From the NCBI GenBank assembly GCA_965203175.1, contig OZ241867.1, positions 3,968,001-4,032,000 on the forward strand: 64,000 nucleotides of DNA, written 5' to 3'. Position 1 is the first letter of the stretch. Each line of letters opens with the position of its first letter. Origin of the DNA: Candidatus Latescibacterota bacterium (lineage in GTDB: Bacteria; Latescibacterota; UBA2968; UBA8231). Position numbers and translations under genes: made by a program. Shown here in pieces: positions 1 through 8,809 of this stretch. The notes beneath the pieces are model-generated. The model saw only the letters and a program-made list of their open reading frames with translations. It was not told where the DNA came from and searched no databases.

Positions 1-645
1 TTTGCGTACTTCGACCCACACCAAGCGCGCTACGAGGTCCTCGAATCCGATCCCATCGCCATTCACAGCAAGGGGAGCGTCGAGGGGGAAGGGGTGAACT
101 ACGGGCTGAGTCGGCGCGACATAGAGGCCGTAGGCGAGGACATCCGCTACATCAAGCCCGACGCCGAGGCCCTCGTCGCGGCTACCACGCTGCACGAGAG
201 CTATTGGTTTTGGTCCTTGCAGGGCGCGTTGCCCCTCGCCTTTTTTGCCCTGCTTGTGTGGCAACGCCACCAGCGGCGCTTGCAGGGCGATGTGGCGTAC
301 GCTCGTCAGCGCCGGGCCAAAGGCGAGGCTGGCCGCCGCCTAGCCCGCGCCGATGCCTTGCTTGAGACCGGTACTGAGGCCGAGTTCTACGGCGAGGTTC
401 GCGCCGCAGTGCTGGAATTCGTAGCCGACCGCCTCAACCTCGCTGCGGCTGGCCTGACCATTGAGGTTTGTGCCGAGGCCCTAGCGGCGCGCCAAGTTGA
501 GGCCGAGACGATTGCTGGGTTGCGCGATTTGCTGACGCGCTGCGACTTTGCGCGCTTTGCGCCCGCGGGCGGCCCGCCGACGGACCGGGCGGCGGCGCGG
601 CACTTGGCCGAGGAGGTGATCGCGGGTTTGGAGAAGCGGATATGA
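1..645 (+). CDS. batD: BatD family protein, C-terminal part (5' truncated by window)
   Basis: Frame open from base 1 (FAYFDPHQARYEVLESDPIAI), one TM segment, C-terminal CDFARFAP motif; directly upstream of a BatE-like gene. Confidence 0.8.
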   Translation, partial: FAYFDPHQARYEVLESDPIAIHSKGSVEGEGVNYGLSRRDIEAVGEDIRYIKPDAEALVAATTLHESYWFWSLQGALPLAFFALLVWQRHQRRLQGDVAYARQRRAKGEAGRRLARADALLETGTEAEFYGEVRAAVLEFVADRLNLAAAGLTIEVCAEALAARQVEAETIAGLRDLLTRCDFARFAPAGGPPTDRAAARHLAEEVIAGLEKRI

Positions 646-1394
646 TGCGGGTATTGGTGCTGTTGCTCCTGTTGGGCACTCAACTCCACGCCGGGGCTGC
701 GGCTGGGCAGTACAACGAGGCCAACGCGCTCTATCGGGACGGAGGTTTTGCTGAAGCGCGGCGCAGCTACTTGGCGGTGGTGGACGCTGGAGTACAAGAC
801 GCGCGGCTCTACTACAACTTGGGCAATGCTTGCTTCAAGTCCGGGAAGCTGGGCGAAGCGATTCTCTGGTACGAGCGGGCGCGGCGCTTGCTGCCGCACG
901 ACGCGGACATTGAGGCCAATTTGCGCTTCGCCAACCTAGTGAAGAAGGACCGCGACCCGCAAACTGAGGACGGCCTCGGCGCGCTGGTGGCTGCGCTGGT
1001 GGCCGCCTATTTTTGGCCTACGTTTAACCAGCTCAGCCTGCTGTTCGCCGCGGCATTTTTCGCGGTCTTTGTCTTGGGGGTGCGGTGGTTATTCGCGCAG
1101 CCGCGTCTCGGTGCGCTGTGGCTAGTCGGGTTTTTGCTCTGTGCGGGGCTGAGTGTCGGGTCTGCGCTCTGGCTGGGGACGCGCCTCCACCATCAGGCGC
1201 AGACGAGCGAAGCCATCATCACAGTTGACATGGCGCACGCGCGCTCCGGCCCCGACCTCGGGCAGACGGAAGTCTTTGTCGCGCACGAGGGTACCAAGGT
1301 TCGCTTAGTGCGGCAGGAAGGGGGGTGGATGCTGGTGCGGCTGGCCAACGGCCTCGGCGGATGGATGCAAGCGGAAGCCTTGACGAAGATCTGA
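642..1394 (+). CDS. batE: BatE-like TPR + SH3 membrane protein
   Basis: Signal peptide, TPR (YYNLGNACFKSG..GEAILWYERA), two TMs, SH3-like C-terminus (HEGTKV...GW..VRLANG..GW); ATGA overlap with batD. Confidence 0.85.
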   Translation: MMRVLVLLLLLGTQLHAGAAAGQYNEANALYRDGGFAEARRSYLAVVDAGVQDARLYYNLGNACFKSGKLGEAILWYERARRLLPHDADIEANLRFANLVKKDRDPQTEDGLGALVAALVAAYFWPTFNQLSLLFAAAFFAVFVLGVRWLFAQPRLGALWLVGFLLCAGLSVGSALWLGTRLHHQAQTSEAIITVDMAHARSGPDLGQTEVFVAHEGTKVRLVRQEGGWMLVRLANGLGGWMQAEALTKI

Positions 1395-1449
1395 ACCTAA
1401 CAACGACTTTTTCGCTTAGATCAAACCACAACCAAAACAAGGATAAGCC

Positions 1450-2505
1450 ATGAGCACGCTCAAAGTAGGTATCGTCGGCGTCGGCGGGATCGCCCGCACG
1501 CATATCCCCGGCTGGGAGGCTTCTAGCGAGGCTGAGCTAGTCGCTGGCAGCGACATTAGCGAGGAGGCGCTGAAGCACTTTGGCACTGAAAACGGGGTTA
1601 CCAAACTGCACACCGACCCGGAGGCACTGTTCAGCGATCCAGATATCGACATTATAGACATCTGCACGCCCAACATGTATCACGCCCCCTTGGCCATTGC
1701 CGCGCTGTCGGCTGGCAAGCACGTGATCTGCGAAAAGCCTTTGGCCCCCACGCCCGAGGATGTTCGCCAGATGATCGCGGCGCGCGATGCCTCGGGCAAG
1801 GAGCTGATGACGGCGCAGCACTTTCGCTTTCAGGGTTCGTCCCGTGCGCTAAAAGATGAGATAGACTCGGGCGCGCTCGGCGACATCTACCACGCCCGTA
1901 GTTGGATGCTGCGTCGGGCTGGGGCACCGGTTGGTGGCGGGTTTATTCTCAAGGAGCACAGCGGCGGCGGCCCCTGCATCGACATTGGGGTTCACATCCT
2001 CGACCTAACCTTGTGGTTTATGGGGCATCCCGAGCCAGTGGCCGTTTCGGGTGTGGCTCGCGCTGAATTGGCGCACCAAGAGGGGTCTTTTAGCCAATGG
2101 GGCCGCCAGACGATTCCATCCCACTACGATGTCGAGGATTTTGCCGCGGCCTTTGTGCGCTTTGACAATGGCGCAGTGCTGATCTTGGAAGTAAGCTGGC
2201 TTTTGCACCACCCCGTCCAAGGCGAGGACATGCAGATGTGGCTCTACGGCACCCGAGGTGGGGCGCACTGGCCCCAGTGCTCGATTTGCGAGAGCAACAA
2301 CCAGACCCGCCAGCAGTACGACCGCAAGCTCATGCTGATGTACGACGGCCTCGAAGCCCACGCGCAGGAATGCGTGGAGTTCGCCGCAGCGATTGCCCAA
2401 GGGCGACCCTCGCCGGTGCCGCCGGAACAATCCCTACAGGTGATGAAGATCCTCGATGGGATCTACCGGAGCCAAGAGGCGGGGGAGGAGATACGGCTGG
2501 ACTAA
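1450..2505 (+). CDS. Gfo/Idh/MocA family oxidoreductase
   Basis: GIVGVGGIA Rossmann motif, HVICEKP, GGG..IDIGVH. Confidence 0.92.
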   Translation: MSTLKVGIVGVGGIARTHIPGWEASSEAELVAGSDISEEALKHFGTENGVTKLHTDPEALFSDPDIDIIDICTPNMYHAPLAIAALSAGKHVICEKPLAPTPEDVRQMIAARDASGKELMTAQHFRFQGSSRALKDEIDSGALGDIYHARSWMLRRAGAPVGGGFILKEHSGGGPCIDIGVHILDLTLWFMGHPEPVAVSGVARAELAHQEGSFSQWGRQTIPSHYDVEDFAAAFVRFDNGAVLILEVSWLLHHPVQGEDMQMWLYGTRGGAHWPQCSICESNNQTRQQYDRKLMLMYDGLEAHAQECVEFAAAIAQGRPSPVPPEQSLQVMKILDGIYRSQEAGEEIRLD

Positions 2506-2669
2506 GAGGGGGTGGTTTACCTTCCAAAAGTACTTCGTCTTGGATAATCATCCCAAGCTGCGGGATTTCATCCAAGGGTGGCATCGCGATGAAGCTAGAT
2601 AATAAAATTGAATCTTCCCCGCCTATCTTCTATCTTCGGCAGAGTCCCGGAGATTGCGAAAGGTAGGAT

Positions 2670-3896
2670 ATGCTCATTCGTCGTATCAAACAGACCAACC
2701 TGCTCTCATTCGGCCCCGACTCCGAGGGAATCGAACTTAAGCGGCTAAACGTATTGATCGGCCCCAATGGTTCGGGGAAGTCTAATCTTCTAGAGGGGAT
2801 CGATATCCTCCGGTCGGCTCCAAGAGATTTGGTTGCGCCCATTCGCGAGGGAGGAGGCATCCATGATTGGATATGGCGGGGAAGACCGGAAGGTGCTGCT
2901 CGCATCGAGGCCATTGTGGAGAATCCACAGGGGTCACAGGCGTTGCGGTACTGGCTGGGTTTTGCAGAGCGCGGCCAGCGATTTGAACTGATCGAAGAGC
3001 GGATAGAGAACGAACAGAGTGATGAAGGACATGAGGTGCCATATATCTATTACAATCAGAAAGGCGGGCAGGCGTTTCTCACTTACAAGGATGAGACCGG
3101 CTTGGATCCTACCGTAGAGGCTACCGTAAAGGCGAAATACCCTAATGTTCGTCTTCGGCTGGGCCGATACGACTTGCGTCCCGAGGAAGTCAAACTGGAC
3201 CAGTCCATCCTGTCCCAACGTAAAGATCCCGACCTCCCTGAACTGATGTACCTCGGCGAGGAATTGAGCCGCATTCGCATTTATCGCGAGTGGTCGCTTG
3301 GGCGCGACTCCCCACTGCGGTTACCGCAGAAGGCCGACCTTCCCAACGATTTCCTGCAAGAAGACGGGAAAAACTTAGCCTTGGTGTTAAACAGGCTTCA
3401 AGGTGAGCCGGCGGTAAAGCAGCGTCTGCTGGACGCTCTGCGCAGACTCTACGAGGGCATAACCGATTTCTACTTCAGCATTGAGGGTAGTACGATCCAA
3501 TTGTTCTTACAGGAAGGTGACGTGGTCATACCGGCGACCCGTCTTTCGGACGGTACGCTGCGGTACCTCTGTTTGCTCTCCATTCTCTGTCACCCGGAGC
3601 CTCCGCCCCTCATCTGTATCGAGGAACCCGAACTGGGCCTGCACCCAGACATGCTACTGACGGTGAGCAAGTTGTTGCTTGAAGCCTCCGAACGCAACCA
3701 GTTGATTGTAACGACTCATTCGGACATGCTCGTCGATGCCCTGACCAATGACTGGTGGAGTGTCGCAGTTTGCGAAAAGCGCGACGGGCAGACTGTGATG
3801 CGCCGTCTCGATGAGAAGAAAATGGCTGCTTGGCTGGAGGAGTATCGGCTCGGAGAACTCTGGAGTAGTGGCGAGATCGGGGGGAATCCTTGGTGA
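2670..3896 (+). CDS. ABC-type (AAA_15/AAA_21-like) ATPase
   Basis: Walker A GPNGSGKS, signature LSDGTLR, Walker B CIEEPELGLHP, H-loop TTHS. Confidence 0.88.
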   Translation: MLIRRIKQTNLLSFGPDSEGIELKRLNVLIGPNGSGKSNLLEGIDILRSAPRDLVAPIREGGGIHDWIWRGRPEGAARIEAIVENPQGSQALRYWLGFAERGQRFELIEERIENEQSDEGHEVPYIYYNQKGGQAFLTYKDETGLDPTVEATVKAKYPNVRLRLGRYDLRPEEVKLDQSILSQRKDPDLPELMYLGEELSRIRIYREWSLGRDSPLRLPQKADLPNDFLQEDGKNLALVLNRLQGEPAVKQRLLDALRRLYEGITDFYFSIEGSTIQLFLQEGDVVIPATRLSDGTLRYLCLLSILCHPEPPPLICIEEPELGLHPDMLLTVSKLLLEASERNQLIVTTHSDMLVDALTNDWWSVAVCEKRDGQTVMRRLDEKKMAAWLEEYRLGELWSSGEIGGNPW

Positions 3897-4501
3897 GCAT
3901 CAAGGTGTATGTCGAGGGTGGTGGAGACAAGAATCCAAAATTAAACAGACAATGTCGCGCTGGCTTCAGGGAGTTTTTTAGCAAGGCCGGGCTTGAAGGT
4001 CCTATGCCGAGCGTTCATCCTGGCGGTTCCCGAGAAAAAACTTATAAAAAATTTTGTACCGCCATTAATGAAGCCAAAGACGACTGTTTTATCGTTCTCC
4101 TGGTAGATAGTGAGGCCGCAGTCGCATCTAGCGATAGCCCTTGGGAACACTTAAAGAAGAGCGATAAATGGATCCAGCCCTCGGCTGCTGCGGATGACAG
4201 CGCACAACTTATGGTGCAGTGCATGGAAGCGTGGTTCATCGCGGACCGGCAATCCTTGGGTGCCTATTTTGGCCAGAACTTCAACGCCACCGCGTTACCA
4301 AAACAACATAAAGTGGAAGCTATCGCAAAAGACGACCTTGAACGAACGCTGAAACAGGCGACAAGGTCGTGCTCTAAAGGTAAAGGAATATACCGGAAGG
4401 GTCGGCATTCGTTCGAGTTGCTTGAATGCTTGGACCCAAGTAAGGTGATGGAATCTTCGCCCCATGCGCGACGGCTCATTGACGCGCTGAAGCGGTCTTA
4501 A
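3893..4501 (+). CDS. DUF4276 family (TOPRIM-like) protein, partner of the upstream ATPase
   Basis: VYVEGGG, LLVDSE, MVQCMEAWFIAD, Y.KG.HS motifs; GTG start overlaps the ATPase stop. Confidence 0.8.
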   Translation: MSIKVYVEGGGDKNPKLNRQCRAGFREFFSKAGLEGPMPSVHPGGSREKTYKKFCTAINEAKDDCFIVLLVDSEAAVASSDSPWEHLKKSDKWIQPSAAADDSAQLMVQCMEAWFIADRQSLGAYFGQNFNATALPKQHKVEAIAKDDLERTLKQATRSCSKGKGIYRKGRHSFELLECLDPSKVMESSPHARRLIDALKRS

Positions 4502-4590
4502 AGTTTCGCGTGCTGCCCGATTGGTCTCGACGTTGCGATTCGCACTCGGCTAGGTATTCGGTCGTCCGCTTATCAAAGTTTCCCCAAATA

Positions 4591-5037
4591 TCACGGTCCT
4601 TCCAGCCAAGCGACAAAGGCCGCTGGCGACTCGACCACTACGCGGCCGTTGAGCGACTCGTGTTCAAAGCCGCACATTTGGTCACCGACGAAGGCGAATA
4701 CGCCGGTGGTCTGTGAGATAAAGGCCAGCTCAAAGGTCAAATCGGGTACGGCCACTTGATGTAGGTCGAGATGGGGCAGGGCAAAAGTGTAGATGTAATC
4801 TCGACTAGTCAGTTCGACTTCAATTTCTATGCCAAGTGGAAGGTGTAACTCCTTCCCCTGCTTGGTTATATCGTCATCAGTATGCAACTCGCCATCGGGG
4901 CCTGGATAGCGAAATTGCCAGGTGAACTCTTCCCCGGTGATTTGGATGCGCAGCGGTCCTGGGGGCAGGGCGGGCGTGCAGCCGTCCGCCCCCAATAGGA
5001 CCAGTCCCCAGAGCATGAATCGGATATGGCCGTGCAT
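4591..5037 (-). CDS. Stand-alone cytochrome c oxidase subunit II-like cupredoxin protein with degenerate CuA motif
   Basis: G..F.W.F.YPG, LHLP, TSRDYIY.F..P, GDQMCGFEH; N-terminal hydrophobic stretch ending in Cys. Confidence 0.72.
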   Translation of the reverse strand: MHGHIRFMLWGLVLLGADGCTPALPPGPLRIQITGEEFTWQFRYPGPDGELHTDDDITKQGKELHLPLGIEIEVELTSRDYIYTFALPHLDLHQVAVPDLTFELAFISQTTGVFAFVGDQMCGFEHESLNGRVVVESPAAFVAWLEGP

Positions 5038-5208
5038 GACGTATCCTATTCTCGAACAGTCGTTTAAGTCTAATGTCTTAAGGCGAAGTATTTGCGACTA
5101 AACGCAAATAAACCAGCCCATCCCCGCGTGTCAAGTTGCTTTACACGCGCTCTTGATCTCCCTAAAATCACCCCACACCCGTCTATCAATCCTCTCAGGA
5201 GTAAGGAC

Positions 5209-7146
5209 ATGCCCGCCATAACTGCCAATATCCCACTCAACTCGCCAGCCCACTGGGCCGTGTGGCAGCGCCGCCTCTTCGACGCCTTGGACCAATCGGT
5301 GCAGCCCTTTCTCGACCATTTCACCCGCGAGGACGGCGAATTCATCTGGCAGGACGAGTGGGGCGGCGGCAGCCCCGACGATTTCTACGAGCCTTTTTTT
5401 AATTGGCCGCTCGTGTATCTGATGGGCGGCGGCGAGCACCTGTTGGACTTAGCCGACCGCCAGTGGGAGGCCATTACCCGCCAACTGACCCGCTTGGGCA
5501 CGGTTAGCAAGGAATACGGCATCCGCGAAGACCAGATGCATCAAGCCGAAAGCGACATCTGCTTTTACCACTTGTGCTTGGCCCACCCCAACGCCCCTCG
5601 GCGCGTCGAGCGGGCTTGTCGCTTTGCTGGCTTTTATCTCAACGAAGACCCCGAAGCGCAAAACTACGATCCCGAGCACAAAATCCTTCGCTCGGGCCTC
5701 AACGGCAGCCACGGCCCCTATTTCGCCCCGCTATCCGAACGCGACAAACAAAGTTACAACCCCTTGGGCGGCAGCATGGAAGTGTACAATTTGCCATTTT
5801 TCGACTTGCCCGGCATTACCAGTGTGCAGGACTTGGCCGACCCGGCTAAAGCCCGTTTGATGGGGCAGACCCTGTTCGACCGCTGGCGTCAGGGTGATAC
5901 GCCGACCAACTTGGCTGTCACCTCGCTGGTAACCAACGCCTTCCTGATTACCGGCGATGAAAAATACCGCGCTTGGGTTGTGGAATACACCGACGCTTGG
6001 GTAGAGCGTGCTCAAGCCAACGGCGGCATGTTGCCGGACAACGTCGGTCTGTCGGGCCAAGTGGGAGAGTACTGCGCTGGCAACTGGTACGGCGGGCGCT
6101 ACGGCTGGACTTTTCCACACGGTTTTTTGACCTTGCAGAAAGCCACGCTCGACGCGGCGGCCAATGCCTATCTGTTGACCCGCGACCGGGCCTATCTCGA
6201 CCTGCCACGCCAGCAGATGGACCGCATCTTGGAACAAGGGCGCATGGAGGATATCCGCGACCAGTACATGAGCGTGGCCGAGCGCTGGGCGAGCCAATTT
6301 GCCGCTATGGGCGAAAAAAGCGAGACCTTGCTGGTACCCTACCGCTACGGCGACGCCGGCTGGTTCGACTGGCAGCCCATGAGTCCGGTGTACCCGGTGA
6401 CGCTGTGGAATCTGTCCATGGACGAGGGCGACTGGGAGCGCATGGAGGCGATTCGGCAAAAAGAAGCGTTCGACTGGGCCGCGGTCTTTCCCTTTCACAA
6501 CAAAGAGGACTCGGGCCACGAGGCCCCTTGGGTGCGCTTTTTGGCTGGGGCTAACCTGGCCTATCCAGAGCAAATGTTGCAGGCCACGTACCAAGTGGCC
6601 GGCCGCCGCTTGGCTCAACTGCGCGCCGATCAAGACGTGGGCACCCGCCATCACGTTCACCACTGGCAATGGGGCAATCCCGTTTCCTCCGAAGCCCTCA
6701 TCCAGCTAACTATGGGCGGCCCACAACCCATCTACAACGGCGGCCTGCTGCACGCCCGCCTGCGCTACTTTGACGCCCAGCGCCGCCGCCCTGGCCTGCC
6801 CGCAGACGTCGGTGCCTTGGTGGAAAAGCTCGAAGCAAACCGCACGGTCGTGCGCTTGGTCAATTTGAATCACAACGAGGGCCGAGAACTGGTCATTCAG
6901 GGCGGCGCTTTTGGCGAGCACCGCTTTGGCCGGGCTGCGTATCAAAGCCGCACCAGCGAGTACCCGGGCTGGATGGGCGGCTATGCCGGCACGTACGCAG
7001 CTCCGCCCTTGGAGACAGAGGAGCGCCAGCTAGCCGTTGATGACAAGCACCTGAGCATCACCTTACCGCCCCATTGCGAAATCACCCTCGACCTAGAGAC
7101 CCAGCGCTACGTCAATGAGCCTTCGCACCACGCCGGGCCGTTTTAA
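5209..7146 (+). CDS. Conserved hypothetical protein, probably alpha/alpha-toroid enzyme with C-terminal beta domain
   Basis: 645-aa ORF; RBS AAGGA before ATG 5209; W/Y/G-rich motifs (PDDFYE.F.NWPL, WYGG.YGWTFPHG, HHWQW.NPV). Confidence 0.6.
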   Translation: MPAITANIPLNSPAHWAVWQRRLFDALDQSVQPFLDHFTREDGEFIWQDEWGGGSPDDFYEPFFNWPLVYLMGGGEHLLDLADRQWEAITRQLTRLGTVSKEYGIREDQMHQAESDICFYHLCLAHPNAPRRVERACRFAGFYLNEDPEAQNYDPEHKILRSGLNGSHGPYFAPLSERDKQSYNPLGGSMEVYNLPFFDLPGITSVQDLADPAKARLMGQTLFDRWRQGDTPTNLAVTSLVTNAFLITGDEKYRAWVVEYTDAWVERAQANGGMLPDNVGLSGQVGEYCAGNWYGGRYGWTFPHGFLTLQKATLDAAANAYLLTRDRAYLDLPRQQMDRILEQGRMEDIRDQYMSVAERWASQFAAMGEKSETLLVPYRYGDAGWFDWQPMSPVYPVTLWNLSMDEGDWERMEAIRQKEAFDWAAVFPFHNKEDSGHEAPWVRFLAGANLAYPEQMLQATYQVAGRRLAQLRADQDVGTRHHVHHWQWGNPVSSEALIQLTMGGPQPIYNGGLLHARLRYFDAQRRRPGLPADVGALVEKLEANRTVVRLVNLNHNEGRELVIQGGAFGEHRFGRAAYQSRTSEYPGWMGGYAGTYAAPPLETEERQLAVDDKHLSITLPPHCEITLDLETQRYVNEPSHHAGPF

Positions 7147-7151
7147 GCGGC

Positions 7152-7180
7152 TTGACAGGTCATTAACGCTTTGGTTTATT
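7152..7180 (+). promoter_or_regulatory. Sigma70-type promoter
   Basis: TTGACA (7152-7157), 17-bp spacer, TG-n-TTTATT extended -10 (7172-7180). Confidence 0.55.
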
Positions 7181-7186
7181 GCAAAT

Positions 7187-7300
7187 AAGTGCTCGAAGGG
7201 AGCCCTCAGGTCCGCGGTAAGGGTCAAACCCACCTCTCAGCAAAATAACAGCCTTCTTTCAGCCTGCGACGCGGACACCAGGCACTAACGAGAGAGGGTT
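7187..7300 (+). ncRNA. Candidate structured cis-regulatory leader RNA
   Basis: AGTGC 7188-7192/GCACT 7282-7286; GTCCGCG 7210-7216/CGCGGAC 7270-7276; hairpins GCTC/GAGC and GGGT-CAA-ACCC; CCTCTC 7233-7238 complementary to SD GAGAGG 7292-7297. Confidence 0.5.
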
Positions 7301-7303
7301 GGC

Positions 7304-8014
7304 ATGTCTAGAGCACTTCCCCGTAAGCCTCATATAGATTCCCTCAAAAAGCAGGCCCGGCAGCTACTCCAAGCGCACCGCGAGGGTCGGCCAGAAAGCC
7401 TCCGCAGCATTCGGACCTATATGCCTCATTTAGGCTCATTGTCCGACGAGGCCGTCCTGCAAAGGCCATTTACCTTGCAACAGGCCCAATGCGTCCTCAG
7501 CCGCGAGTATGGGTTTAGCAATTGGGCAGAATTGGTCCGAGCTGTCGAGATTATCCGTCAGGCCGAGTCAGCTATGCTGAGCCAAGTCGATGACGCTTTG
7601 CGCAACGGTCAATCTATCCATGTGTTGATCCCCGAGCACATGGCGGCGAATGTTGCCCAAAGGCTGACCGCTCATTGCGGCCAAAATCGGGTACTCTTGG
7701 TAGCTCGCGTAAGCCAAGAGCCGTTCAATGGCTGGGTCGACCCGATAGCCGCAGCGGCAGTGGTAGTTAGTCCTCCTGGAGAGTTGGGCTTCCTCCACAT
7801 GCATGAACGCTTGCAAAAACCCGAAGGGCCATGGGATTTCGAGCAGCTTTTATCTGAAGCCCACGCCTTCGTGAACGTGCCGTTCAGAGAGGAACGGACG
7901 CCTTTGATCATTTCCGGTCCAGATGAAGAAACAGGTGCTGTCCGCGACCTGATTTCCATGTATCTGACGGAGTTTTATGGGTTATACGGTTCGATGATGG
8001 ACCATCGATATTGA
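7304..8014 (+). CDS. Hypothetical protein with N-terminal helical module (LPRKPHIDSLKKQARQLL...AQCVLSREYGFSNWAEL) and unknown C-terminal domain
   Basis: Good SD; the N-terminal ~85 aa resemble the module often seen in front of ankyrin-repeat or glyoxalase-superfamily proteins. Confidence 0.7.
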   Translation: MSRALPRKPHIDSLKKQARQLLQAHREGRPESLRSIRTYMPHLGSLSDEAVLQRPFTLQQAQCVLSREYGFSNWAELVRAVEIIRQAESAMLSQVDDALRNGQSIHVLIPEHMAANVAQRLTAHCGQNRVLLVARVSQEPFNGWVDPIAAAAVVVSPPGELGFLHMHERLQKPEGPWDFEQLLSEAHAFVNVPFREERTPLIISGPDEETGAVRDLISMYLTEFYGLYGSMMDHRY

Positions 8015-8053
8015 CCTCCGGTAATCAGATAGGTTGTAGGGGTAACCTTTTCC

Positions 8054-8674
8054 TTACAAAGCAGTTAGGACGGACTCGACCTGTTCTTCGGTGGGCGTGC
8101 TGCCGTCGAGGATCAGGTCCGCGTAGCGGGCGGTGGGCTGGATATGGCGGCGGTACATTGGGCGGACCTGCTCTTGGTATTGGGCGCGGATTGAGGCGGG
8201 GGAACGGCCGCGTTCGATGCGGTCGCGGGCGAGGCGGCGCTCCAAGCAGATCGCGTCGGCAGCGGTGACGAAGAGGCGCAGGTGGTAGAGGGCATTGATG
8301 TCGGGCCAGTAGAGGGCAAAGAGGCCCTCGACGAGTAGGAAATCGGTGGGGGTGAGGCTCTGTTGGTGCGCTTGGCGCGTGTGGGTGGCAAAGTCGTACA
8401 CTGGGATTTCGACGCGGTGGCCGGCGGCGAGTTGGCGGAGATCCTCGGCGAGGCGCTGGTGGTCCATGGCCTCGGGGGCGTCGAAGTTGACGCGGGCTCT
8501 TTCGTCTGGGGAGAGGGCGGCTAAGTCGCGGTAGTACGCATCTAGGGAGAGCACGGTGGCTGAGCCGGGCAGGCGGGTCTGAAGGGCGCGGGCGAGCGTG
8601 GTCTTGCCTGCACCGGATGGTCCGGCTAAGCCGATGAGGCAGGGCGGCCCTTTAGCTTTGGAATAGGGCTGCAT
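8054..8674 (-). CDS. udk: Uridine kinase
   Basis: GLAGPSGAGKTT, LDAYYRD, NFDAPEA, YDFATHTR, RRLARDRIERGR, HIQPTARYADLI. Confidence 0.92.
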   Translation of the reverse strand: MQPYSKAKGPPCLIGLAGPSGAGKTTLARALQTRLPGSATVLSLDAYYRDLAALSPDERARVNFDAPEAMDHQRLAEDLRQLAAGHRVEIPVYDFATHTRQAHQQSLTPTDFLLVEGLFALYWPDINALYHLRLFVTAADAICLERRLARDRIERGRSPASIRAQYQEQVRPMYRRHIQPTARYADLILDGSTPTEEQVESVLTAL

Positions 8675-8809
8675 TCTTGACTCGTAAGATACCGTCTATA
8701 AGTTCAAAAAGACAGAGTTGTGGGAACGGTCCGATGCGTGTAATCCCTCCACCGGCGTGGTTCCTACTCCCAATTGGTATTCAAAAAATTATAAAGAAAG
8801 GAAGAGCCA

